DNA from: Callorhinchus milii
Taxonomy: Eukaryota
DNA length: 64,000 nt
Direction: 5' to 3'
Assembly: GCF_018977255.1 (NCBI RefSeq)
Contig: NW_024704742.1
Span: 101,000,001-101,064,000 of the forward strand
Every line of letters starts with the position of its first letter. Positions within the stretch are counted from its first letter, which is position 1. This document shows positions 1 through 12,899 of the stretch, piece after piece. Below the pieces are notes generated by a model. It was given only the letters and a program-made list of their open reading frames with translations. It did no database searches and was not told the origin of the DNA. The translations under genes and the position numbers were made by a program.

Positions 1-749
1 CCCAGGTTGAAATTGCTTAATCTGAATGTATGCCATTCAGTGCCCTTGATGCACTGTCTTGATCAAGAGCCATCGAATATGAGTCAGTTCTTAGCCTTGG
101 AAAATGACACCTGAAGCCAACCCATAGCACCAGAATCAGCCAGGGTTTATTTTTCTGGTGACTGTTCCACAAAAGTCTGGGACAAATGATGACACTTAGT
201 GTCACCCAAATGGATGAGCCAAGAACCTGCTGTGTGGGTCCAGCTGCACTGGAATTGTAAGTAAATTCATTTATTGAGTTCTCCCACACAAGCCTAATAC
301 CTTTGTGCTCCACAGGGTAGCAATGATGGCATTATAAAGATGTTGATTTAGAAGTTTCCTTTTATTGGAGACTTCTGAACCACTCGATTGTTCACAGTAC
401 TGAATGTTAAGCATGACATTTTCAGCATCCACTCAGTCAGTTACTGTATGTGTGGGTCACACTAAAGGCATGATGGGTTTGTCTGGGGAGGAGGAAAACA
501 CATACAGGATGGTTCAATTGAATCAGTGCCAAGACAATCAAAAGCACTCAGAACCACATCCACCAGTTATGCCTACCACCCCCACATCCCCAGTGCATCT
601 TAACCCTCTCTGAATTTGGAATTATCAAACATTTACAAATGTCCAGATGATACCTCCTGGAATATGCAATGAAAGCGCTTCTCATCCCATAAAATACAAA
701 TAGCAGCAAATCCCACCAAGATAGTGACACCAATAAGTTTGGGTGCCAT

Positions 750-1148
750 TGCAGTTCTGCTCGTAACATTCTTGCCTCTGGGTTAGAAGCTCGTGGGCTC
801 AAGCCCCACTGCAGGACTTTGAACTCATAAGTCAATACTTGTTGAATATTTGTAGGTGCCGTCTTTCACATGAGATGTTAAGCAAGTTCCATTTGCCTGT
901 TCAGGTGCTTTAGAGATCCCATGTTATGGATTTAAAATAGAAGGGTTTCTCCCAGAGTCCAGGGCAACAATGTCCCAGTTAAAATAGGTCATTCACTTCT
1001 TGGCTATTTATAACACACCAATGTGTGCAAATTGGCTGCCATGTTTGGCTACAAAATACAGTCTTACAATTTACAGTAAATCTTGTGAAGACTTTAGAGA
1101 CATTCTATGGGAAAACGCTGTATCAAATGCAAGGATTACAATAATAAT
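750..1148 (+). mobile_element. Decayed DeuSINE (SacSINE1-like, tRNA head + Deu domain)
   Basis: Degenerate head (gggctcaagcccca), GGTGCCGTCTTT..GATGAGA body, Deu-like TGTGCAAATTGGCTGCC, tail TATCAAATGCAAGGATT. Confidence 0.7.
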
Positions 1149-1653
1149 AATCCTTACATTTGGCATAGCATCTTTCATATCAGGAAACATGGATTGTTGG
1201 CCAGGACACTGGGATAAATGTCCTTCTCCTCTATTTAAAGAGAAATGTGAGTTTCTTTCATGTCATGACCAACAGTCCTCCAGATATAATTGTTCTTTTG
1301 TTTCACAGTCGTTTGTTGACATGGTGCACAAAGTGACTGTTGCATTCGCCTACAAAATATTCTTGACAGCAACTACCTGTGCAGCGCTTTGAGATATTTT
1401 GACATTGTGATATTTTATTCGAATGCCAAGATTCTCCTGACTGGTATATTCTGTGAAACGTTTTGAGACGTCTCAAAGACGTGACAAGGTGCTATATCAA
1501 ATGCAAAGATTATTATTATAATGTGTTGTCAAGAAAACCTTTTACAAAATAATGAAATTCATTCTTAATTTTATTTTTTGCCATCAGTGCATTATCTTGT
1601 TAGTGTGTAATATACTGAGCCTATGGAGAAGCATTATATGAAATTGGTTAGAA

Positions 1654-2020
1654 GAATAATCCTTGCATTTGATATAGCGCATTGTCACGCCTTCAAGATG
1701 CCTCAAAACATTTCACAAAATATGCTGTAAAGTGAATTGACTGCATATTTTGTGGGCAAAACATGGCAGCCAATTGCATACAGTGTTCTACAAACAGTTG
1801 TGGATTGAGTGGCCAAATCATTATTAATTATTTTTTTGAAGGGATTATTGCCCCTGGGAAAGTGATCCGCCAATCAACTAACAAATAGGTTCCTACTTAC
1901 TGATAGGTAAACAGGTGTGTGGAGTAAGGAATTTTGCCCAACATTTCGCCCTACTCCTGGAATTGAACTCAGGTCCTCCAGCTTGTGAGGTGAATGCTCT
2001 AACCCTTAAGCTACAGAACT
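1654..2020 (-). mobile_element. tRNA-Ala/CORE-like/Deu SINE, long form
   Basis: Reverse complement of head, CORE-like segment (tttacctatcagtaagtaggaacc), Deu domain and (ATT)n tail; aligns by eye to the copies at 50886 and 60239. Confidence 0.85.
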
Positions 2021-2547
2021 GTACATATGATCTGTAGAGAAGAGTTACTGTTAACCTTTATAGTTCATTTAACCTTGAGGTAAAGAATGGACAATGACCA
2101 AACCAAGAATGTTACAATCAAGTCAACATTTATTAGTTAACAAGAATTGGCAATACATCACAGCTTAAAGGTTATTTACGCTTACAAACTGAGGTGTACA
2201 ATTCACCTCTGTCGGGTGATCCTGGAAGAGTGGGAGTCATCGATTTCTTTGACAAACGTCGATTTGTGTTGGAGTGTTGGCTTGCTTGCAATAATCCTTT
2301 GACCGCAAAATCGTTTTGCTTATTGTTGGAGTAATACCGACTGGACTCTGGTTGTTGAGATGAATGTGCTTATTGTCACTCTAAAGCTGAAATCCTCAGG
2401 CCAACAAGTTTAATGGCAGCTGTGAGCATCTTCACTGTGTTGGAATTATGGATATCTTTATCTATCAAAAGGGTGAAATTTTTAATAATTAATAACTAAC
2501 ACTTGTATCATTCAACACAACTTTTCATCACCTCTCTTTAAATATTT

Positions 2548-4092
2548 TCATAGAATCATAGAATCAAAGAATTACACAGCCATTTGACCCATCATTTCTG
2601 TGCCAGCTCTTTGAAAACAGCCATCTAAATCAATCCCATTCCCTTACAGCCCTGCACAATTGTCTTCCCCAAATAATTATCCAGTTCTCTCTTAAAAACT
2701 GTTATTGAATCGGCTTCCACCACCCTTTCAGGCAATGCATTCCAGATCTGAACAACTCACTCTGTAAAAAAAATTCTCCTCACCTCCCCTCTGTTTCTTT
2801 TAAACTATTTTAAATTGGTGTCCTCAGGTTACTGATCCACCTGTCAGTGGAAGTATTTTCTCCTTCTTCACCCTATTGAATCCCCTCATAATTTTGAAAA
2901 ATTTCTATTAAGTCTCTTCTTAACCTTCCCCACTCCAAGAAGAATAATCTTAGCTTCTCTAGCCTCTCCTGATAGCTGAAGTTCCTCATTCCTGGTACCA
3001 TTCTGGTAAATCACCTTTGCACCCTCTCCAATGCCTTGACATCCTTCCTAAAGTGCGACCCAGAACAGAACAGAGTATTCTAGCTGAGGCCTAACCAATG
3101 TTTTATAAAGGTTCGCATAACTTCCTGACTTTTGTATTCTGTATGCTTTTTTTAACAGCTTTATCTACCTGTTCTGCCACCTTCAAAAATGTACTTATAT
3201 GAACCACCAGGTCTCTCTATTCCTTCACCCCCTTTACGATTATACCATCAAGCTTATATTATCTCTCCTCACTCTTTCTTTCGAAATGCTTCAGTTCGCA
3301 TTTCTCCTTATTAAACTTAATCTGCCACTATCTGCCCATTTTACCAGTCTGTCTATGTCCCTTGCATTCTGCTGCTATCCTTCTCACTGTTTTCTACTTT
3401 TCCTAGCTTAGTATAATCTGCAAACTTGGAAATTGTACTCCCTATACCCAAGTCCAGGTCATTTATACAGATCAAAAACAGAAGTGGTCCCAATACTGAC
3501 CCCTGGGGGACACCACTGCACACTTCCCTCCAGTCAGAAAAACAACCATTCACCACCACTCTCTGCTTTCTATTTCCCAGCCAGTTCTGTATCCATGCTG
3601 CCACTATCTCTTTAATACTATGGGGTTCTATTTTGCTGACAAGTCTCTTATGTGGTACAAAAGCCTTTTGAAAATCCATATAAACTACATCAACTGCCCT
3701 AACGCATCCACCCTCTCCATTACTTCATCAAAAAAGTCTATCAAGTTTGTTAGGCATGATTTGCCTTTAATAAATCTGTGTTGGCTATCCTTTATTAACC
3801 CATATTTTCCTAAGTGAAAATTTATTTTGTCCCGGATTATAGTCTCTAGAAGTTTCCCCACTACTAATGTTAGGCTGACTGGCCTGTAGTTCCTGGGTTT
3901 ATCGTTCTGCCCCTTTTTGTACAGGGGAGTAACATTTGCAGCCCTCCAGTCCTCTTGGACCACCCCGGTGTCCAAGGAGGATTGAAAGAGCCTCCATCAT
4001 TTTCACCCTCATTTCCTTCAGTAACCTAGGATGCATCGCGTCCAGACTGGGTGACTTATTTACCTTGAGCGCTGACAACCTATTCTCCAATG
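2548..4092 (-). mobile_element. CR1 LINE, 5'-truncated decayed ORF2 (RT) with 3' tail
   Basis: ORF fragments [54 protein letters not shown]; (ATTCTATG)n-type 3' end at ~2548-2566. Confidence 0.95.
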
Positions 4093-4152
4093 TCTTTTAG
4101 AAGGTAGGAGGTATTTCGCCCACAAATTCATGCAGTTACATCACTTTACAGT

Positions 4153-4464
4153 GGAGTCCTGTAGCTCAGTGGTTAGAGCACTCGCTTTGCAAGCGAGAGA
4201 CCTGAGTTCAATTCCAGGCAGGGCGAAACCTTGGGCAAGTTTCCTTACTCCACACGCCTAATAATAATCCCTCCAAAACCAAAAACAATAATAAATTGGT
4301 GATTTTCAATCTACGACTGTTTGTGGGACATTGCTGTGCGCAATTGGCTGCCGCGTTCGCCCACAAATATACAGTCAGTTCACTTTACAGTGTGTTCTGT
4401 GAAGCGCTTTGGGACATCCTCCCGACGTGAAAAGCGCTATATCAAATGCAAGGATTATTATTAT
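4153..4464 (+). mobile_element. tRNA-Ala/CORE-like/Deu SINE, young short form
   Basis: A box TAGCTCAGTGG, anticodon arm CTCGC-TTTGCAA-GCGAG, B box GAGTTCAATTCC, ACCTTGGGCAAGTT, Deu domain, L2-like tail and (ATT)n; nearly identical to copies at 39540, 53729, 57064. Confidence 0.95.
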
Positions 4465-4649
4465 AACAACAACAAATTACATTTGTATAGCATCTTTCAC
4501 ATCCAGAGTGTTAGGCATAGGCTGGCAAGAACTAAAGTTTGGGGACTCTAGAGTATGAATATGTATCAGGGTACTGCTGGAGTTTAACCAGCTAAAACAT
4601 AGCATAGCTTATTGGTGAGAGCACTGTCTGGCAAGCTTCCCCAGCTCAG

Positions 4650-4970
4650 CAAACACTGCCTGCTTCACATCCCACACCCAGTCCACCCCACCATCATTTG
4701 GTGGCCCTTCTGTACCCACTCTCTGGAACATAACATCATCCTGGAGTCCCTCCACCTTGTCCCTCACTCTGGGCCTTCAAAACCTGCCTTCAGACCCATG
4801 TCTTTGACCATGCTTTCAGCTACCATTTCCCCCTATCCTCCTCAGCAACCTCCCTGCTCGGGCTCTCAAGTCAGTTAATTGCATGAAACACTTTGAGACT
4901 GTTTCACGCAATTAACTGATATAGCATCCTTCACGCTGCCCCGCATTATATAAGTGCAATTTGTTGTTGT
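4650..4970 (+). mobile_element. L2 LINE 3' fragment, decayed
   Basis: C-rich L2 end (ctctggaac..ccttcaaa), tail TATATAAGTGCAATTTGTTGTTG. Confidence 0.7.
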
Positions 4971-6635
4971 TTAGGCATCCGCATGCTGTTAAAGACAGTA
5001 TATAAATGCAAATTATTGTTACTATTGTATTATGAAGGCATCAGCGAGTATTGTTTAGTGTTGCAATAAGAAGTGACTTTGACCATAAATGTTCAAATTT
5101 GGCTACAACAAATAATTATAGTGTTATGATTAGAAATTCCAGGCATTTTACCCTGAATACAAACTAACTGAATATGTTGCCCCTCACAGACAGATATCGT
5201 TGGAAGTGGTTTGCTAAGCATTGTTAGAAGAATTATTATTATGCCTGAGTTGAACAAAAAATAATGACACTGCACTGTATTTGAAAGACTTCCAAACATA
5301 TTAATTTTTCAGATTAAAAACGGTGACCATAGAAGTCAATATTTTCAATTATAAGGTTCACTTTGCAGATAGAACAAAATGACACCAGACCCCAATACAA
5401 TTATGTTGCTGTCACAGTGTGAAGGAAAATGCTCCTTCAGCAGAGCATTAAAATATATGCAGACACTGTAAGACTGCTGATAAGGAAAGGCTTAAGCAAA
5501 TCCACCACAAAGTTTGACAACGCTACTGTATCTTGCTGTCCTTTCTGTGAGACTTTAAAGTGAACTTTTACAACCATGAATCAAATTGTTGTGCACAGTC
5601 AATAATATCAATTGAATCATAAGTATGGAATTAAATGGAAAACCAGCAACAGAAGGCACAAGTTTCGAGCACTCATTAGAGTTGAACTGTAGGGCAATAT
5701 TTACACCAGGTGGATTTGAGTGGATCCAAAGGCATAGATTTCAAACATGGATTTGGTTACATTTAGTCTAGATTTCTTACCTTGTCTGTATTCATACATT
5801 GTTCTTATCTGGTTAATATTCAATTAATTTCCCCAATCCTCGCACAATTGTAAATCAGAACTGTTATTCTTACATTGCATTATTCTTACATTTCAGCAGG
5901 AAATCCTTCCTCTCTGCAGTTTGTTTTCAGTAGAGAATTGTCAAAGAATATCAAATTACATGAACCATAAGCTGTACATTGCGCACTGTATTGGGGTCTC
6001 ATCCAGTAGTTCAGGTGGACATTAATGTTGGAATTAAATAATTATAATAATCCTTGTATGCTTGCATTTGATACAGTGGCTTTCATGACAGGAGAATGTC
6101 TCAAAGTGTTTCATCAGATTCGCTGTGAAATGTAGACACTGTGTATTTTGTAGGTGAACGTAACAGCCAGTTTGTGCGTAGCAGTGTCCCACAAACAGCC
6201 ATGAAGTAAATGAGTAATTTTATATTGTTGGCCAGGACACCAGAAGAAACTCCCTTCATTTTTTGAATAGTGTCAAAGAATCTTTAACATCCACCTGAAA
6301 AAGCAGATTTTAATAGCACTAATTAATACTAAAGAAGTGTCCATAAGTTCTCCAGCTGTCCCTCAATGCCCCAGAACTTTCCGCAGCTCACACAGAGTGA
6401 GCCCAATGCAATGTACACCTTTCATTCTATGGATGTCAATTGCAAAGCTCCTGAAATCATCTCAGGTATATACAACTCAAAATCCCTCACACTTGTGGCA
6501 TATCTACAAAGTTCTGAATAAGTCTTTGATTTAGACAGATAAATAAAAATAATCCTTGCATTTGATCTTGTGCCAATAAAGTCTCAACGCTTCTGTAAAG
6601 CATAATGCAGTGAACACAAGAACCAAGTTTGCACA

Positions 6636-7310
6636 CAACAACAACAAAATTACATTTATAGAGCGCCTTTCACGTCGGGAGGACGTCCCAAAGCGCTGAA
6701 CAGTCAGGTGCCAGGGCCCGAGCATGGGGGAGGGATGATGTAGGAGTGACGGAAGGCAGAGAGGTGGGAGGGAGACCAAAGGCACAGTCGAAGAGAAAGA
6801 TCTTAAGACCAGCCTTGAAGGAGGCAAGGGAGGAAGTAAGGTGAAGGGACCATGGGATGGAGTTCCAGTGTGTGGGGGCAGAGAGGCTGAAAGCCCGGCC
6901 GCCGATGGTAAAGCGGGTCGGGTGGGAGACATGGAGCAGGAAGGAGCCCGATGAACAGAGGGAACGGGCAGGCTCGTAGTGAGTCAGCAGGTCAGTGAGG
7001 CAGGAAGGGGCAAGACCATGGATGGCCTTAAAGGAGAGGATGAGGATCTTGAGCTCGATCCTCTGAGGGATGGGGAGCCAATGGAGTCGGGTGAGGGTGG
7101 GAGTGATGGGGTCACGGAGCCTGATGCGCGAGAGTACACAAGCTGCAGAGTTTTGGATGATCTGCAGCTTGTGAAGGGAAGAGTTGGGAAGGCCAATGAG
7201 GAGGGAGTTTCGGCAGCCTGAGAGGTGAGGCAGTGGCGGAGTCTGTCAATGTTGCGGAGGTGGTGGTAGGCAGTGCCAGTCATGGCGCGGATGTGGGGGA
7301 GAAAGGACAG
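6636..7310 (-). mobile_element. L2 LINE 3' fragment
   Basis: Minus-strand L2 ORF2 C-terminal remnants (LSFLPHIRAMT, HHLRNI.RLRHCLT), tail stem-loop GGGACGTCCTCCCGACGTG and (TTG)n. Confidence 0.9.
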
Positions 7311-7540
7311 TGAATTGACTGTATATATGTGGGCGAAACGTGGCAGCCAATTGCGCACAGCAGTGACCCACAAACAGTTGTGGATTGAAGCAACCAATTT
7401 ATTATTGTTTTTCTTTCTTGAGGGATTATTATCAGGGTGTAGAGAAGGAAACTTGCCCAAGGTTTCGAACGGCTGGGAAGTAAACCCAGGTCTCTTGCTT
7501 GCGAGGCGAGTGCTCTTACCACTGAACTATCGGACTGCAC
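7310..7540 (-). mobile_element. tRNA-Ala/CORE-like/Deu SINE lacking its own 3' tail, joined to L2
   Basis: Head and Deu domain present; sequence switches to L2 at ~7310 where the SINE tail should start. Confidence 0.85.
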
Positions 7541-8469
7541 AAAGCTGAAAGCTTCGACATGGTGCTTGAGCCCACACCCTTGATGACACAGTAATGGGAG
7601 GCTTATCACCTGAACCATGCTGACACCTTAACACCAGTGCATCATCTTGTAGGTTCAGGAAGTAATTATGCTTATTGAACTAAAAATAGTAAAACCATTT
7701 ATAGCTAACTAATAACTAAATAAGTAAATAAATAAATCATTTGATATAAGATCTTTCATGTTGGAAGGACATCTCAAAGCGCTTCACAGGTTTTATTGTA
7801 GAGTATAGAGTAACAAACTATGATGCTTTTCACGTGTTCAATTTATCTGTTAACAGTAGGTAAATTTATTATCTCTTATGCTTTAAATTTGATCAACACA
7901 GTTTCATTTATCAAGCATCTGCTAATTAAGAGTATTGAAACTGATTGTCTATAAACAGTTTTAACTGTCCCAGAAAGCATATTAGTTGAAAATGCTGGCA
8001 TCACTAAAATAATTTTAAGGATGATTAATTGTCTGAAATTGAAAATCTATTAAAATAAAGAGCAAACCCAATCTAGCAATAATTTAGCTTTTTTTTGTTT
8101 GCCAACACATCTGACACATGTAAGAAATTCATTAACAATTTTAGGAGTATCCAAACCAGAGTGAGAATTTCACATGAGAATTCCACATACGCATGCCCCT
8201 ACGCACGGCAATATCCCTGCAAGTGGAATGGAATGTGCACACTTTCCCTGGAAGGACACAACCTTCTTATCTAACTTCAGAAAGTATTAGGCAAAATCCA
8301 AGAGTTAGGGTCCCCAAAATCTGTTTTGGGGTACAGTTGGAATTTAACCAGCAGTGACTTGCCATTGAGAGCACTGTCTGGCAGCTTTTTCTCCAGCTTG
8401 TTGGTGTGTTTTTGCTGCTTGCAAACACCTCAGCATTTCTTTGGTTAGATTTTCGAATGTGCTAGACTA

Positions 8470-8822
8470 CTCTACCCAATAGAGGTACGTAAAATGATGA
8501 GGGGGTTTTCATAGAGTCAATAGGAAGAAATTATTTAAACTGGTCGGTGAGTCAATATCAAGAGAGTATTAACTTAATATAGTTTGCAAAGAAAGCAAGT
8601 AGGGAGTTTAGGAGAATTTGTTTCACACACAGAAATAAAATGGTTGAGCCAAAATCCATAGTAACTTTCAAAAGGGAACTAGATAAAAAACTAAAGGAGT
8701 AAACTACAGGGATCTGAGCAAAGTTAGGTAAATGGGGCTGAAGGGATTGCTTTGGAAATAGCCACCAGAAACACTACGAGCCGAATGGCCATCTTCTGTG
8801 TTGTACATTTCTATGGGTTTAT
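8470..8822 (+). mobile_element. CR1 LINE 3' end, decayed
   Basis: IEV.KMMRG-like start, GGCCATCTTCTGTGTTGTACATTTCTATG 3' end. Confidence 0.75.
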
Positions 8823-9043
8823 GTATGCGTAGTGTTTTTTCCGACAGTGGGCAAACACTTTTTAATCACTTCAATTTCTTCTTGACAGATTTATTGCTGG
8901 TTCATAGCTCTCAGCTGAGGTTAATGTTAATTCACAGTAGGTACTGTCAAGCTATTTATTGATAAACCAATGATTAAGTGGCAAAATTTCTTGGATTACT
9001 TAAAAAGCAAACATTCCTAGTTTCCATCACAATTTCCAGCATT

Positions 9044-9356
9044 ATAATAATAATAATCCTTGCATTTGATATAGCGCTTGTCATGTCTTCGAGACGTCTC
9101 AAAGCGCTTCACAGAATATGCTGTAAAGTGAATTGACTGTATATTTGTGGGTGAAACGCGGCAGCCAATTGCGCACAGCAATCTCCCACAAACAGTCTTG
9201 TATTGAAAATGACCAGTTTATTATTGTTTGTTTTGGAGGGATTATTATTAGGTGTGTGGAGTCAGGAAACTTGCCCAAGGTTTCGCCCTGCCTGGAATTG
9301 AACCCAGGTGTCTCGCTTGCAAGGTGAGTGCTCTAACCACTGAGCTACAGGACTCC
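9044..9356 (-). mobile_element. tRNA-Ala/CORE-like/Deu SINE, short form
   Basis: Full-length reverse complement of the family, (AAT)n at left end, GGACTCC at right end. Confidence 0.95.
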
Positions 9357-9589
9357 ACTCCATTATGCTGGTAGTATTAAGGTCTATTTGAATACATCCA
9401 ACAATAAAAGATTATCAATAATTCAGTTATTCAATTATTTCCACTATGCCAGGGAAGTAATAAGGTGAGAAATGTAAGAGGAGAACTCTTTTATTTGTTA
9501 TAAGGCAAGTGCTTGGCCCGTGGGGTGGGGTGGGGGAGGGCATAATGAACCCTGCATTAACCCCTCCAATCTGGTTTACACACTGCCCA

Positions 9590-10380
9590 AAGCACTGAGA
9601 CTGCCCTGGTCAATGACATTTTCTCCATCTGTGACCAGGGCTCTCTGCCTCATTGTGCTTATTGACCTTTCTACCACTTTGGAAACATCTGTGTCAGGTT
9701 AAACTCTCAACTGTACTTTAAACCCTACATCTGTGCTGTGACCTGTTGGACCTTCCCCCACTTCAATAATATTACCCATCAAAACTTTTATCCATGGCTT
9801 TCATCATGTCCATGCTTGACTATGACAACTCTCTGCTTGTCTATGACCTCCTAACTCTTCCCTCCACAAATTGCAGACTATCCAGAACTCTGCACCTCAT
9901 ATCCTCTCCCACACTCGGCTCCATGAGTCTGTCACCTCCATCCTTGCCTGGCTTCACTGGCTCCTAGCCCTCAGAGATTGAGTTCAAGATCCTTTGTACT
10001 TAGTTTTAAATCCCTTTACGGTCTTACCTCTGCGACTTTCTTGAACCATGCTCCAATCCACATGCTCGCCACAATCACAGGTATTGCTATGATTCACCTC
10101 CCCTACTCTGCCTGCCCCACCATCAGCGGTCAGGCCTTCAGGTTATCTGCCTCCATTCTCTGGAATTCCGTCGTCTCATCCCTTCCCTTACCTCCTTGAA
10201 GGTCCATCTCAATGGTTTAAGAAAGTCTTTGATTGCAGCTTCAATCATCTTCCCCACCACCACCCCTGCTCCCATTGGCCTCCACCACTCATGAACCCAA
10301 CCTCCAGCTCAGGTGCAAACCCTCAAGTGTCCAGTGCCTTGGGATGTGAAAGGCATTATATAAATGTAATTTGTTGTTGT
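9590..10380 (+). mobile_element. L2 LINE fragment, decayed with internal deletion
   Basis: LDY.NSLL, LQTIQNSA, LHWL, LWNS motifs; tail TATATAAATGTAATTTGTTGTTG. Confidence 0.8.
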
Positions 10381-11746
10381 CTATAAAGTTCCAACCTCCT
10401 TATAACAGGGTAGCAACTGGGCACTATTACTCATCGTGACATCATCCAGAACATAACTGTTAACAGCATTGCACGTGTGCACAAATCCTGCGCTTAATAG
10501 TGGCCAGGTTCCAGGTCACCAGGACTCAACTGATGTCACTTTTGGCACATCTGCTCTAAGTGCAGCACACAGGAAATGACAGTGATAGTGTCCCGATGGC
10601 TCAAAAGTCGGCTGTTTTTTGATGCACTAGCTGGTGTTTGGGAAGCTGGCTGGTCAATGTGCCAAAGCCAAAGGAACAATTGAAGCAGAGTGTTCCAGAG
10701 GTTAGGGGCATAGTGGTTAAAAGCTCAGCCACCAATAGTGAGGTAGAGGGGTTGGGGACACATGACACTCCTGTGTTACCTGAGTGACAGGGAGCAGGTA
10801 GAGGGGTGGGGTAGACACAGATACATTTCTAGTCTAGCAATGTATAGGATAGCGGGTTCATCTGCCCTACCATCAAACAGCCTACTCTTTGCACAAGCTG
10901 CCTAATGAATGCAGAAACTAGTCCAACCCCATTATTTTGCTGCTGACTAACTGTCTATTTGCAGCGCAGGAACCATGCTAATTTCAAATTAGGATCAGTT
11001 CCATGTGAGCAGGTGAGAGAGACAGAGAGATTCAAAACACTAACCACAAAAATAAATGACTTATCGAAGCTAGCCAAGTGAGACTTAATTAAGAGATATT
11101 TTGTAATTAGATATCCACAGCATATTTGAACCTTTTTTTATAAAGAATGTAATCTAGATATGGAATTAGACAATGTATTTTGTGGCTGGTGCCAATTATT
11201 TGAATGATGATTATATTTTTGTTCAATATCCCTTTCTATATGTACAGTAATTGGAACAGCCTTGATGGGCTAAATGACCTCCTCCAGTTCCTGTGTTCCT
11301 AACTGGGTGCTAGATCCAAGCATCTCATTCTGCAAACATTAATTTTGCAAGTAATGAGTTAACAAACCCAACAATGCATCCAGAAAAGAATACAATAATT
11401 TTAATAATCCTTGCATTTGATCTAGTGCCTCATTACATCTTCTACATGTCTCAAAGCGCTTCACAATATATAATGAATACAAACATTGCATCTTTGAAGT
11501 CTACCCATTTCAATTATTCACCCCACTCAGATGTTCCCCTCAATTATGGCAGATAGGCGAGATTCCCCATTGTGTATATAGACATTATAAATACATTGAT
11601 TAATTCTGTACTTTCTTGAAATTAAGTATTCTAAATGAAAATCTTAATTTTGTTCCAGCTATTGATAAAATCGCGATTGGCTCAGTGTATTGATTATTAA
11701 CTAGTTCATTGGTGTGATTCCTTCTGATTCAATGACAATGGCCAGA

Positions 11747-12130
11747 TAATAATAATAATGATATCTCAAAGCACTTCATAGGATATACTGTAAAATGGAT
11801 TGACTCTATATTTTATGGGCGAAACGCAGCAGCCAGTTTGCGCACAGATTAAGTCCCACAAACAACCATGGAGTGAGTGACCAATTTTATTTTGGGGATT
11901 TGTTGACCAGGACACCGGGAAAAATTCCCTTCTCTTTTCAAATAGTGCCATGGGATCTTTAATGTCCACCTGTAAAGATAGACAGGACCTCGGTTTAACT
12001 TCTCATCCGAAGGTTACCACCTCCGACAATCCAGCACACCTATAGTGCTCACATTAGAGTATCAGCTTCGACTGTGTGATTCCAAGTCCTTACATGGGGC
12101 TTGAACCCATAAACTTCTGGAACAGACTAA
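11747..12130 (-). mobile_element. DeuSINE (SacSINE1-like)
   Basis: Reverse complement of Deu body (gtgccatgggatctttaatgtccacctg, ctcggtttaacttctcatccga) and head (ggggcttgaaccca). Confidence 0.85.
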
Positions 12131-12899
12131 AAAATTTTCAAAATCCTTGGATCTAATATAATATCATGTTGGGAGGATATTTCAAAGTGCTTCACAGATT
12201 TATTGTAAAGTGCAGTGGTTGAAGTTTGTAGGCAAATGTGCTAACCAATTGATGCACAGCAAAGTGCCACAATCAGGCCAGCAGTCAATCAATTTTATCT
12301 GAAGGAATTGTTGGCCAGGAGAATTTTACTTCTATTTTCAAATCATGCAATGGCATTTTTTAACGTCAACCTACACAGGCTCATCCCAAAGACAGCATCT
12401 CCAGCAATGCAGCACACGCCCAAGCTCTACACTATAAGCCCGAACCTACAATCTTCTGACTTAGAGGTGAGATTGCTGGCAACTGATCCAGGCTAACACT
12501 GTAATCAGAATCAGTTAAACAGCAAGCAGTATAAGGAAGAAAATAATTTTTTTACTGAGATGTTTCTGCATTTTCAGTATCTCGGTATCGTATGGAGAAA
12601 TTTCATGCAATGTTTTCATGAAATCAAAAACATTAGAAAGAAATAAAACAAAAGATCAGCTCACTTTGCTATTTTGATCCAGGACATGCATATTGAATTT
12701 TTTACCTAGTACATAAGGTGAATCACAAATGTGACGGATCAAAAATCTATCCAGCTTTCAGTTTGAAAATGAGTAATACAAGGGTATGAGAAAAGGCAGG
12801 GGGCCTGGACCTAAACAAATAACTTGTAGGTTGCTGTCACATGCAGAATGGGACAAATTGCTATGATGCCCACTGTTGGATCTCACGTCTAAAATTTCA

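Noticed and set aside
1..330. Possible LINE endonuclease relic
   Set aside because: Too degenerate to assign by eye
4153..4226. tRNA-Ala(TGC)-like cloverleaf, also at 39540, 53985-54058 and others
   Set aside because: Always continues into SINE body and tail, with an imperfect acceptor stem; it is a SINE head, not a tRNA gene
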